From: Caulobacter sp.
GTDB taxonomy: Bacteria; Pseudomonadota; Alphaproteobacteria; Caulobacterales; Caulobacteraceae
Direction of reading: 5' to 3'
Assembly: GCA_017745235.1 (NCBI GenBank)
Contig: JAGHZU010000003.1
Span: 190,465 to 254,464, forward strand
DNA length: 64,000 nucleotides
The stretch's first letter is position 1. Every line of letters begins with the position of its first letter. Positions 49,614 through 58,149 of the stretch are shown piece after piece. The translations under genes were made by a program, and so were the position numbers. Under the pieces are notes generated by a model. It saw nothing but the letters and a program-made list of their open reading frames with translations. It made no database searches and had not been told where the DNA came from.

Positions 49614-49800
49614 GACGGCACGCGAACGGGCTAAGGGTCCCTATCAGGCCCTTGTTTTCATGAGGGAAACTGCACGTCGAGGACCGCGACCATGTCGAAG
49701 GTCCCTGTAAAATCCCAACATCATCAAGCACATAGGGGCCGAAGGTCCCTGTGCTTTTATCTTGCCTTAGGCCGATGTTCCTTTCGAGCCCCCCTTTCCT
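49614..49800. promoter_or_regulatory. Candidate oriT/relaxase promoter region with 13-bp direct repeats
   Basis: CGAAGGTCCCTGT at 49696-49708 and 49740-49752, a partial copy near 49633, then CTTTTATCTTGCC; directly upstream of the relaxase. Confidence 0.5.
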
Positions 49801-49838
49801 CCCCCGCGTGACCTTCCAACCGCTTGAGCTCCTGACGA

Positions 49839-50501
49839 TCATGGGCGCACCGCCGTCCAAGGCGCGCCCGGAACCTGGGGACCGTCAGCCATGACACCAT
49901 TCGTCCCTCGCACGACGAAGACGCCTGCCGTGCGCCAGTCCCGCGCAGGGCTGACGAGCGTCCTCTCGGCGCGCGATCCCTCGATCAGGGGCGTCAGCTT
50001 CCGAACGTAATCCTGGGTTTCTCGCGGCAGGGCCCTCCCCTGAACGAGGGATCGAGCATATCGCTCGGGTCCAGCGTTGTAGGCGGCGAGGAACCCTGGA
50101 GCGCCAAACCGATCGTACATTCGACGCATGTAGATCGCGCCGGCAAGGATGTTGGCGCGTGGCTCGAAAGGGTCGTCGCCCAGGCCAAACTCGGTCGTCA
50201 GGTCACGCCAGGTGGCAGGCATCAGTTGGAGCAGACCCATCGCCCCCTTCGCAGACACGGCGGACTCCTGCCCGCCACTCTCCTGATGCATAATCGCGTA
50301 GATCCACGCGGTCGGAATACCGAAACGGGCCGAGGCCTCGTCGACGGCTGCGGCGATGGTCTCGCCGCGGCTCACCATTGGGGCGGGCGACGCAGGCGTC
50401 GCCACCGAGCAGATCGTGAACGCAGCCGCCGCCGAACAGATCAAGGCGGACGCGCGCGCCGCGCGCGGAATCCTGCCGATCGCCTCGGTCACAACAAGCA
50501 T
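49839..50501 (-). CDS. Lytic transglycosylase (SLT); start uncertain
   Basis: IMHQESGG, SAKGAMGLLQLMP, NILAG and AAYNAGP. Confidence 0.85.
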   Translation of the reverse strand: MLVVTEAIGRIPRAARASALICSAAAAFTICSVATPASPAPMVSRGETIAAAVDEASARFGIPTAWIYAIMHQESGGQESAVSAKGAMGLLQLMPATWRDLTTEFGLGDDPFEPRANILAGAIYMRRMYDRFGAPGFLAAYNAGPERYARSLVQGRALPRETQDYVRKLTPLIEGSRAERTLVSPARDWRTAGVFVVRGTNGVMADGPQVPGAPWTAVRP

Positions 50502-50656
50502 GCGGCCGTGCTCGCCGCCGTCAAGGGCAAGGCGCGCTCCGCGCCGGCCTGGCGGCCACCCTTGACCGCGCCTCCGCTCGACCGCCGACGTTGTCTTGAC
50601 CGGGACGAGGAAAGGACCGGCAAACCGACCGAACAAGGAAAGGACCGGCCAGACGG

Positions 50657-51175
50657 TCATCGCCGCGCCTCCCACGTCCACAGGGAGCGCGCGCCGCCGG
50701 TCACCTGGCGCGCCGACACCGGACCGAAATAGCGCCCGTCGAGGCTGTTGGGGGCGTGACGGTTGAGGAGGAGCACCTCGTCCGGGGCAAGCCGCCGACA
50801 CTCCTGATAGGCGGGAAGCGCCCGCCCCTGCCGGTCTCGCGGGAGTATCCGAGCGACCGGGCGGCCATCGATCGACAGCACATCGCCTATGCCACAGACG
50901 CTCTGGCCACCAACCGCCGCCACCTCCTTCAGCAGCGGGACATTGGCCGGCAGGTAGCCGCGCCGCGCCATCCAGTCCGCCAGGGCACTGGGTGGCGTGA
51001 CCGCCGCCAACTGGCCCTTGGCAAAGCGTCCTGGCGTCAGCAGGTAGAAGCCAAGCGGCGCGCTTGCCGTTGTGTTGAAAAGCAGTCGTGGCGCGGGCCG
51101 CTCGCCTGGGCGAAGCACCAAGAGGCAGCCAATTGCCGCAACGGCGGCGACCGAAACGATCCGGCGGCGGCTCAC
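50657..51175 (-). CDS. traF: S26-family pilin-processing peptidase TraF
   Basis: FNTTASAPLGFY, LLKEVAA and SLDGRYFGP; GTG start at 51175. Confidence 0.88.
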   Translation of the reverse strand: MSRRRIVSVAAVAAIGCLLVLRPGERPAPRLLFNTTASAPLGFYLLTPGRFAKGQLAAVTPPSALADWMARRGYLPANVPLLKEVAAVGGQSVCGIGDVLSIDGRPVARILPRDRQGRALPAYQECRRLAPDEVLLLNRHAPNSLDGRYFGPVSARQVTGGARSLWTWEARR

Positions 51176-51651
51176 TGGAAGATACCCCGGCGCAGCGTGA
51201 AGGCACGGTGGCGCGCACGATCGTAAGCGCGCGCCGGCAAGCCGACGCCGACCCGGGCGCCAACATGACGCCAATAGTCAGGCGCGGCGCGGTGCGGCTG
51301 AACGCCGACGCGCTCGACGCTGTCGATGGCTTCCAGGACCGCCTGGACCTTCGACCACCCATGGACGTCCAGCAGGATTTCCGCGCCCGGCGCCACTTCA
51401 GGATAGGTCGTGAAGGCCTGGCCGGGGCGGACGGCGCGCAAGATGGCGATCCGGGAGTCCACCGTCCCGTAGGTCTCCGCGCGCCAACGCACGAACGCGA
51501 AGATCTCGCCGGGCGCGAACATCACAGTGCGGCGGCGGCGGTCATGAACCTCTTCGGCCGCGACCTGGCCAAAGCGGATCCAGCGCTCGATGCGCTCGGC
51601 GAGGAACAACAGATCAACGCGGGTCAGGCTGGAATTGACGCGCTCAATCAT
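51172..51651 (-). CDS. DUF2840 family protein
   Basis: RIERWIRFG...FAFVRW...YGT...GW.KV..VL.AID.VE...APDYWRHV. Confidence 0.88.
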   Translation of the reverse strand: MIERVNSSLTRVDLLFLAERIERWIRFGQVAAEEVHDRRRRTVMFAPGEIFAFVRWRAETYGTVDSRIAILRAVRPGQAFTTYPEVAPGAEILLDVHGWSKVQAVLEAIDSVERVGVQPHRAAPDYWRHVGARVGVGLPARAYDRARHRAFTLRRGIFQ

Positions 51652-51931
51652 CGCCACGCCGCCCGCTGTAGGCTGGCGCGATGGCGGCATGGGCCTGGGC
51701 CGGCGGCGTCGCCACGGCGTCACGGTCGCTCGTCGAACGGCGCACGCCCCGTCGCGACCAGTCATTCAGGTCGTTCAAGGCGTAGAGGATGCGCCCGCCG
51801 TTTTTCCGATAGACGGGCCCCGTGCCATAGCAGCGGTGTTTGGCCAGGGTCGCTGGTGAAAGGCGCAGATGTTTGGCGGCCTCGGGGGCCAGCAGGAGAC
51901 GCTCGGCCGGCGGCTCGTCGATCTGGGACAT
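51644..51931 (-). CDS. HTH DNA-binding protein (AlpA/excisionase-like)
   Basis: EAAKHLRLSPATLAKHRCYGTGPVYRK.GGRILY. Confidence 0.88.
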   Translation of the reverse strand: MSQIDEPPAERLLLAPEAAKHLRLSPATLAKHRCYGTGPVYRKNGGRILYALNDLNDWSRRGVRRSTSDRDAVATPPAQAHAAIAPAYSGRRGDD

Positions 51932-52054
51932 GACCTGATCCTTCGCGAGCCGCCGGAAAGCTCCGGACATCGGGCGGCGGCTCCAGGAAAGGCTGGCGCA
52001 CGACGTCCTCGATCAGGGATGGCGAAGGCAGGCGGGGGGCTGAATTCGCCCCGG

Positions 52055-52801
52055 CTAGAACCCGGCTCGTAGCAGGCGCAGATAGCCGCCTGACATCAGT
52101 GCGCGGCCTCGACGCACGAGGCGCGCGGTGACGTCGCGGATGGTCGAGGTGGCGAACTCCGCCCCTTCCGTCTCTTCCGGTCCGAACAATTCGCGCGCGA
52201 TCTCGCGGTGGGTGCGGTCTTTCAACGTCGCGTCCAACGCGAAAAGACAGCGCGCCAACCGTTCCTTTTGCGCCGTGCTGAGACGCGAAACTGGCGGCGC
52301 GTCGGTAAGATCGGCGCGCCGCAACGCATCGACGGCGCGAACCCTGAGATTGAAGTCCGCGTCATAGGCCATGACGACCATCAGCGGCCCGCCGGACGGG
52401 GCGTCGCCGCGTAACAGCACCTGCAATCCGCTCGGAAGCCGGATGTGACGACCGTCCTCCCCCTGGCGGATGTCGGACCGTGCGACCGGCAGCGGCCGTG
52501 GCTCGCCAAACGACGCACGCTCGACCGGCACGACCAATCCTGGCGCAACGTCCTCGCGCCAGATGACTTTCCCCTCGTCAGCTGTGAGGTCCGGGTCGGT
52601 GGGCGCGGCAAGTCCCCAGCGTCGATCGAGCGAAGCGCCGGCATGTTGAATGCGGACGAAGTTCAGACGATAGGCCGGGTTGCGCCGTAGAAACTCCCAG
52701 CACAAGGCTGGCGTCGTCAGCCGAACAACCGCGCGCCAGCCGCCGCCGGCGCCACCACGCGGCGGCCGACCCGATCCCTGACTGGCGAGCGGCGCGGCCA
52801 T
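52055..52801 (-). CDS. FseA-like activator (DUF6499 + DUF2285 in one ORF)
   Basis: CWEFLRRNPAY...RRWGL N-domain; ALDA...HREIARELFG...RLVRRG..LMSGGY..LL C-domain. Confidence 0.82.
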   Translation of the reverse strand: MAAPLASQGSGRPPRGGAGGGWRAVVRLTTPALCWEFLRRNPAYRLNFVRIQHAGASLDRRWGLAAPTDPDLTADEGKVIWREDVAPGLVVPVERASFGEPRPLPVARSDIRQGEDGRHIRLPSGLQVLLRGDAPSGGPLMVVMAYDADFNLRVRAVDALRRADLTDAPPVSRLSTAQKERLARCLFALDATLKDRTHREIARELFGPEETEGAEFATSTIRDVTARLVRRGRALMSGGYLRLLRAGF

Positions 52802-52966
52802 ATAGGTATGCCGCCAGACACCTCGGCGGCACGCACGGACTCTCGCCCAATCCTCAGGTCTTGCGCCGATAACATGCGGCAGAGCGACTAATGGAGCGCA
52901 GTTATTTGGAAGTAAGAACGCAATCGTTGCCGAATTGATGGCAGCAATCAGGCGATGCCAACGCGA

Positions 52967-53305
52967 CTACTTTCGCAGCTTGAGCGCGGCAACAATGAGC
53001 TCATGAAGGTTCTGAAGATCGCGATCCTTCAACCCGACGAGCAGCTTGAAAATCGCGGCTAGCGGATCTTCGCGATCAGAACGCGCCGCGTACTCGCCCG
53101 TCCCAAACAGTTCACGGACATCCACATTGAGCGCGGTGGCAAGCCGTTCAAGCGTGTCGAACGTTGGCGCGGCCTCACCACTTTCCAGCCGCTGGACCGC
53201 ATTCGGTTGACGATCGATCTTCTCGGCGAGTTGCGCTTGGCTGAGGCCGGCTCGCTTCCGATGATACCGGAGCATCTCACCGAACTGTTCTTCCAGCTTC
53301 GACAT
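52967..53305 (-). CDS. XRE-family HTH regulator
   Basis: RKRAGLSQAQLAEKI...LESGEAAPTFDTL. Confidence 0.88.
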   Translation of the reverse strand: MSKLEEQFGEMLRYHRKRAGLSQAQLAEKIDRQPNAVQRLESGEAAPTFDTLERLATALNVDVRELFGTGEYAARSDREDPLAAIFKLLVGLKDRDLQNLHELIVAALKLRK

Positions 53306-53429
53306 CCGCCCCTGACGTCCACTAACGCAACAGGGGAATGTTCGTTGACTGTCGGCACAGCGACAGATCGCAGAAAGGTGGATTTAATTCGCATTCCACC
53401 TTTTCAAGGTGGGTTTCATGTAGGATTCT

Positions 53430-53960
53430 GTGGGGCAATCTCAGGTGGACGGCCCCATGGACGGCTTTTCTTCTCCAGCCCCGACGCGCTCCGCCTTCGC
53501 CGGAGCGGTCGAAGCGCTCTATCGGCAATACGACAGCTGGCTTCGCGGCGTGCTGCGCAAACGCTATGGCGACCAGGCCGATGACCTGGTGCACGAGACC
53601 TATCTCCGCGCCGCCGCCCAGGCGGCCAACGGGGAAGTGCGCCACCATCGCGCCTTCCTCCTCAGCATCGCCGAGAACCTCGCGCGAGATCGCGCCCGCC
53701 GCCTGATCCGGGAAGAAAAGCGGCAGGTCAACGCGGAGGCGTTCACCTTGCAATCGACCGCCGCGCCGCAGGAGCATGCGGTGACATTGAAGCAAATCGT
53801 GCTGGCTCTACCGCCAGAGTTGCGCGATGTATTCTTGCTGACCCACATCCAGGGGCTGAGCTACCGCGAGGTCGCGGTCCTCCGGAATATCCCGGAGCGG
53901 ACCGTGAAGGATCGGATGCGAAGAGCCCTTGCGAAAACGTCGGCGGCCATGCGGGACTAG
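53430..53960 (+). CDS. ECF sigma factor (FecI-like)
   Basis: ADDLVHETYLR region 2; LPPELRDVFLL...GLSYREVA region 4; upstream of fecR-like gene. Confidence 0.9.
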   Translation: MGQSQVDGPMDGFSSPAPTRSAFAGAVEALYRQYDSWLRGVLRKRYGDQADDLVHETYLRAAAQAANGEVRHHRAFLLSIAENLARDRARRLIREEKRQVNAEAFTLQSTAAPQEHAVTLKQIVLALPPELRDVFLLTHIQGLSYREVAVLRNIPERTVKDRMRRALAKTSAAMRD

Positions 53961-53973
53961 GGCGGCGCTCGTC

Positions 53974-54984
53974 ATGATCAAGGTTAGAAGCAAGGGTGGG
54001 CGCGTCACGCGCGAGGCGGGAGCCTGGCACGCGCGGCTCAACGACACCCATCCTCGTATTGACACCGAGGATCTCGAAGCGTTCTCGGCCTGGAGATCCG
54101 ATCCCAAGAACAAGGCCGAATACGATCGGATCGACGACATCAGCCGCAGCCTCAGGGCGCTGCAGAACGATCCCGACATCCGCCAAGCGACGGCGGAGGC
54201 GCTCGCGCGCGGGCCTGAGCGACGCCGTTTCGTCCTCCGACTTGGCGCCCGTCGGGTGCGCATCGTCGTGGGGGCGCTCGTGGCCGCCAGCGTGATCGCG
54301 TCGGTGGCCGGGGGCTACATCGCCCTGCGCCCGACCTATTCAACGGGCGTCGGCCAATCCTTCAGCGCCCGCCTTTCTGACGGCTCACGGCTTACCCTCG
54401 ACACCGACAGTCAGGTGCGCGTTCGCTTCAGCGACGGCGAGCGCCGGATCGAACTTTTGCGTGGCCAGGCGCTGTTCGAAGTCGCCCACAACGCCCAGCG
54501 CCCCTTCATTGTTCAAGCCGGCGACACCAGGGTTCGCGCCACCGGCACACGGTTTGAAGTGCGCAAGATCGGCCAAGATGTCCGCGTGACCCTGACGCAA
54601 GGCAGCGTCGAGATCGTCGATGCTGACGCCAAGTCAAAGGCCTGGCGGCTAAAACCTGGTGAGACCTTGGCGCTAAAGCCCGCCGATGTCGCCAGCGCAA
54701 CACCCATGCCCGTGGACGTACAGGCCGCAACCAGCTGGACCTCGGGCGCGCTGATCTTCCAAGATCTACCGCTGGATCAGGCGATCGCGGAACTGAACCG
54801 GTACAGTCGCCAAAAGATGATCCTCGCCCAAGGCGCGCCGCACGCCTCGCGGATCAGCGGCGTGTTCCCGACCGGCGACAATGACGACTTCATCGCCGCG
54901 GTCACCTGGCACTACGGGCTCCGGGCGGAGCGAAACTCCAATGGCGACATCGAACTACACCCGGAAAGGGAGCCCAAAGCCTAG
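53974..54984 (+). CDS. FecR-family anti-sigma factor
   Basis: EAGAWHARL, LSDGSRLTLDTDS, LLRGQALFEVAH, RATGTRFEV and SWTSG. Confidence 0.9.
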   Translation: MIKVRSKGGRVTREAGAWHARLNDTHPRIDTEDLEAFSAWRSDPKNKAEYDRIDDISRSLRALQNDPDIRQATAEALARGPERRRFVLRLGARRVRIVVGALVAASVIASVAGGYIALRPTYSTGVGQSFSARLSDGSRLTLDTDSQVRVRFSDGERRIELLRGQALFEVAHNAQRPFIVQAGDTRVRATGTRFEVRKIGQDVRVTLTQGSVEIVDADAKSKAWRLKPGETLALKPADVASATPMPVDVQAATSWTSGALIFQDLPLDQAIAELNRYSRQKMILAQGAPHASRISGVFPTGDNDDFIAAVTWHYGLRAERNSNGDIELHPEREPKA

Positions 54985-55077
54985 CGTCATATTTTTTTCA
55001 CGTACCCACCGCCCGAACCCTCCCGTTCGGTCGTCTCACCCGCGATCCATCGACGGCTGAAGCGCGCCTCAAACTGG

Positions 55078-58000
55078 TTGCGCCCGCGATGGCGGGGGAA
55101 TTGGGAGATGATGCGCGTAACAGTCGGTTTGTTGAGTTCAGCGTCCATGAGCGTTCTGGCGGCCGTTACGCCGAACATCGCTTACGCGCAGGAGCCCGTG
55201 TATTCCGTCGCGGTGCCTGCGGGGCCGATGAAGAAGTCGCTCGTCGCGGTGGCAAGCCAAGCCCACATCAAGATCCTCTTCGAGACCGAACTGGTCGCCG
55301 GGCTCAAGGCTCCAGCGCTTAGCGGCCGATACACGCCGCGTGAGGCCGTGGAGCGGCTTCTGACCGGCACGCCCATAGCCGTCGAACAGGTCCGCCCAGG
55401 CCTTCTGGTGCTGCGTTCGCGGCGCTCTCCCGTAAGCACCTTAGGCGGCGATGGGCTGGCGGCGGGTGAGGCGCCAGGACAATCGGCCAGCCTTTCGGCG
55501 CCGGACTCCGAACCCGTGCTGGTCGAGGAAATCGTCGTCGGCTCGCACATCCGGGGCGCCAGGGATGCGGCCTCGCCTGTCGTGACGCTTGGCCGCGAAA
55601 CCATAGATCGCGGCGGCTTCGGCAGCATCGCCGACGCCCTGGCCGCGCTACCACAGACCTTCTCCGGGACAGCCAGCAACCGCGCCGGCGGCGTCGCCGC
55701 CGACACGACCGGCAACAACGCCGGGCGAGCTACGGGCGTCAATCTGCGCGGCCTGGGCGCGGACGCCACCCTGGTGCTCGTGAACGGTCGTCGCATGGCC
55801 GGTGCGGGCCTGATGGCCGACTTCGCCGACATCTCAAGCCTGCCGCTGTCCGCCGTCGAGCGCGTCGATGTTCTGCTCGACGGCGCCTCGGCCGTCTATG
55901 GATCGGACGCGGTTGGCGGCGTGGTCAATGTGGTGATGCGCGACCGTTGGGTGGGCCTGGAGACCCGCGCGCGCGTCGGTGGCGCGACGCAGGGCGGCCT
56001 TGGGCAGTATCAACTCGGCCAAACCTTCGGTACGGCCTGGACAAGCGGATCGGTGCTTTTGAGCGCCGAATATCAGAGAACTAACCAGGTCATGGGCCGT
56101 GATCGCACCTATACCGCCAGCGCCGACCTTCGGCCGTTCGGAGGCGTCGATCACCGCCTCTTCTACAGCCAACCCGGCACAGTGCTCGTCGGCGGAGCGC
56201 CGGCGTTCGCGATCCCATCGGGCCAGAACGGCACGGCGCTGACGCCGGGATCGTTTCTCGCGGGTCAGGCCAACTATCAGGACATGAACCAGGTCGCGGG
56301 CATCCTGCCCGAGCAAGAGCGCTTCGCGATCTACGCCTCGGCGTCGCAGGATCTCACCGCGCGCGTCAGCGTCAACGCCGAGGCCCGGTTCAGCAATCGT
56401 CGCTACGCCCATTGGAACCTGGCGCCTGTGGCGGCGCTGACGGTGACGCGGGCCAATCCATATTTCGTGTCGCCCAACGGCGCGGCGTCCAACACCATCG
56501 CCTACTCTTTCCAGAACGAAACCGGGGCCAGCCGCGGCGTCGGGCGGGTGCGCAGCACCAACTTCTCGTTCGGCGCCAAGGTGGATCTTCCCGCCCGCTG
56601 GCGGCTGGATGTCTATGCCGGGCACGGCGAGGAACTGACCCGTGGCGGCGCGAGCGGGCTCATCAATTCGGCGGCGTTGAACGAGGCGCTCGGCAACACG
56701 CCCGACAATCCGCAGAGCACCTACAGCGCCAGCCGCGATGGCTACTTCAATCCCTATATCGGCCAAGGCCGCAATACGCAGGCGGTGCTGGACTTCGTCG
56801 TGTCCGGTTGGGACCGTCGCCGCACGCTCGGCAAGCTCGACATCGTCAACGCCGCCGCCGATGGCGCGCTGTTCTCCTTGCCGGCGGGCGCCGTGCGCCT
56901 GGCGTTCGGCGCGCAGGCCCGGCGCGAGTTCCTCAAGATGTACGGCGTCAGCACCTCCTCGTCCCTGATCCCCGTCCCGCTTTCCCCGCGTCGCGGCGAG
57001 CGCACGGTCCACGCCGTGTTCGGTGAAGCGCGCGTGCCGCTGTTCGGCGGCGATTTTCAGAGGCCTGGGCTTGCGAAGCTGGAACTGTCGGCCGCCGTTC
57101 GGTTCGAGGACTACGGCGGCGGCGTCCACTCGACCGTTCCCAAGCTTGGCCTGGCCTGGGCGCCCGTCGAGGACCTGACCCTGCGCGGAACGTACGGCGA
57201 GTCCTTCCGCGCGCCGTCGATCGGACAGCTCACCGACGCGCCGGGCGCAACCCCGGTGACTCTGAACAACGGGACGCGAAACGTGCTGACGCTGATCCTG
57301 ATCGGCGGCAATCCCAACCTTTCGCCAGAGACCGCCAAGTCCTGGACGGGCGGCTTTGAATACGCGCCCCTCGCCCACCCCGGCTTGCATCTTTCCGGAA
57401 CGCTGTTCCGCACCGAGTTCGAAGGCCGCATCGGTCGGCCGGCGATCAACTATCTCTCGACAATCCTGACGGCGGCGGATTTGGCGCCGTTTCGCACCCT
57501 GGTGTCGCCCGCCTCCAGCAGCACCGACCTGGCCCTGGTCAAATCCTATCTGGCCAACGCCTCCGTCGCCGCCCAGGCGCTCTACCCGGCCGAGGCCTAT
57601 GGAGCGATCGGCGACGCGCGCTACGTCAATGCCGGAGCCTTCACTGTCGAGGGTGTTGATCTGGCGGCCGCACATCGCTTGACCCTGGGCGAGGATCGTC
57701 TCGATCTCAGCGGCAATCTCTCCTGGTTGCTGCACTACAGGCGCAAGGTCACCTCGGCCTCGACCACCGCCGAGCTGGCAGGCATGCCGGGCTTTCCCGC
57801 AGATCTGCGCGCCAGGGCCTCGGCGACCTGGACCCACCAGGCGTTCGCGACGACCGTCTCGCTCAACCATATCGGCGATCTCCACACCGACAGCGGACGG
57901 CGCATGGCGTCGCTGACGACCGCCGATGTGCAGGTGCGATGGGCGCCGTCGGCGCGCTCGGGCCCGTGGCGCGGAACCGCCGTGTCGCTGACGGTTCAGA

Positions 58001-58116
58001 ACCTCTTCGACAAGGACCCGCCGTTCTACGACGCGCCCCAGATCGTCGGGTTCGACGCCACCAACTATGACCCGAGCGGCCGAGTCGTCGCTCTGCAGCT
58101 GACCAAGGCCTGGTAG
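55078..58116 (+). CDS. TonB-dependent outer-membrane transducer with N-terminal STN domain
   Basis: STN segment, EEIVVGSHI TonB box, plug (NLRGLG...LVLVNGRR...DGASAVYGSDAVGGVVN), C-terminal W. Confidence 0.93.
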   Translation: MRPRWRGNWEMMRVTVGLLSSASMSVLAAVTPNIAYAQEPVYSVAVPAGPMKKSLVAVASQAHIKILFETELVAGLKAPALSGRYTPREAVERLLTGTPIAVEQVRPGLLVLRSRRSPVSTLGGDGLAAGEAPGQSASLSAPDSEPVLVEEIVVGSHIRGARDAASPVVTLGRETIDRGGFGSIADALAALPQTFSGTASNRAGGVAADTTGNNAGRATGVNLRGLGADATLVLVNGRRMAGAGLMADFADISSLPLSAVERVDVLLDGASAVYGSDAVGGVVNVVMRDRWVGLETRARVGGATQGGLGQYQLGQTFGTAWTSGSVLLSAEYQRTNQVMGRDRTYTASADLRPFGGVDHRLFYSQPGTVLVGGAPAFAIPSGQNGTALTPGSFLAGQANYQDMNQVAGILPEQERFAIYASASQDLTARVSVNAEARFSNRRYAHWNLAPVAALTVTRANPYFVSPNGAASNTIAYSFQNETGASRGVGRVRSTNFSFGAKVDLPARWRLDVYAGHGEELTRGGASGLINSAALNEALGNTPDNPQSTYSASRDGYFNPYIGQGRNTQAVLDFVVSGWDRRRTLGKLDIVNAAADGALFSLPAGAVRLAFGAQARREFLKMYGVSTSSSLIPVPLSPRRGERTVHAVFGEARVPLFGGDFQRPGLAKLELSAAVRFEDYGGGVHSTVPKLGLAWAPVEDLTLRGTYGESFRAPSIGQLTDAPGATPVTLNNGTRNVLTLILIGGNPNLSPETAKSWTGGFEYAPLAHPGLHLSGTLFRTEFEGRIGRPAINYLSTILTAADLAPFRTLVSPASSSTDLALVKSYLANASVAAQALYPAEAYGAIGDARYVNAGAFTVEGVDLAAAHRLTLGEDRLDLSGNLSWLLHYRRKVTSASTTAELAGMPGFPADLRARASATWTHQAFATTVSLNHIGDLHTDSGRRMASLTTADVQVRWAPSARSGPWRGTAVSLTVQNLFDKDPPFYDAPQIVGFDATNYDPSGRVVALQLTKAW

Positions 58117-58149
58117 GCCGACAGCCCCTGAACATCGGAGTCCAAAGCA

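Larger units (their letters stand above)
31493..53305 (-). mobile_element. Tn4371/ICEMlSym-type ICE conjugation and regulation backbone
   Basis: Gene order HTH, DUF6499/DUF2285, HTH, DUF2840, traF, SLT, relaxase, traG, copG, trbBCDEJKLFGI, DUF2274. Confidence 0.9.

Noticed and set aside
49839-51362. Single 507-aa transglycosylase ORF
   Set aside because: Its 5' part overlaps traF and DUF2840 in other frames; only the 3' ~220 codons carry SLT motifs.
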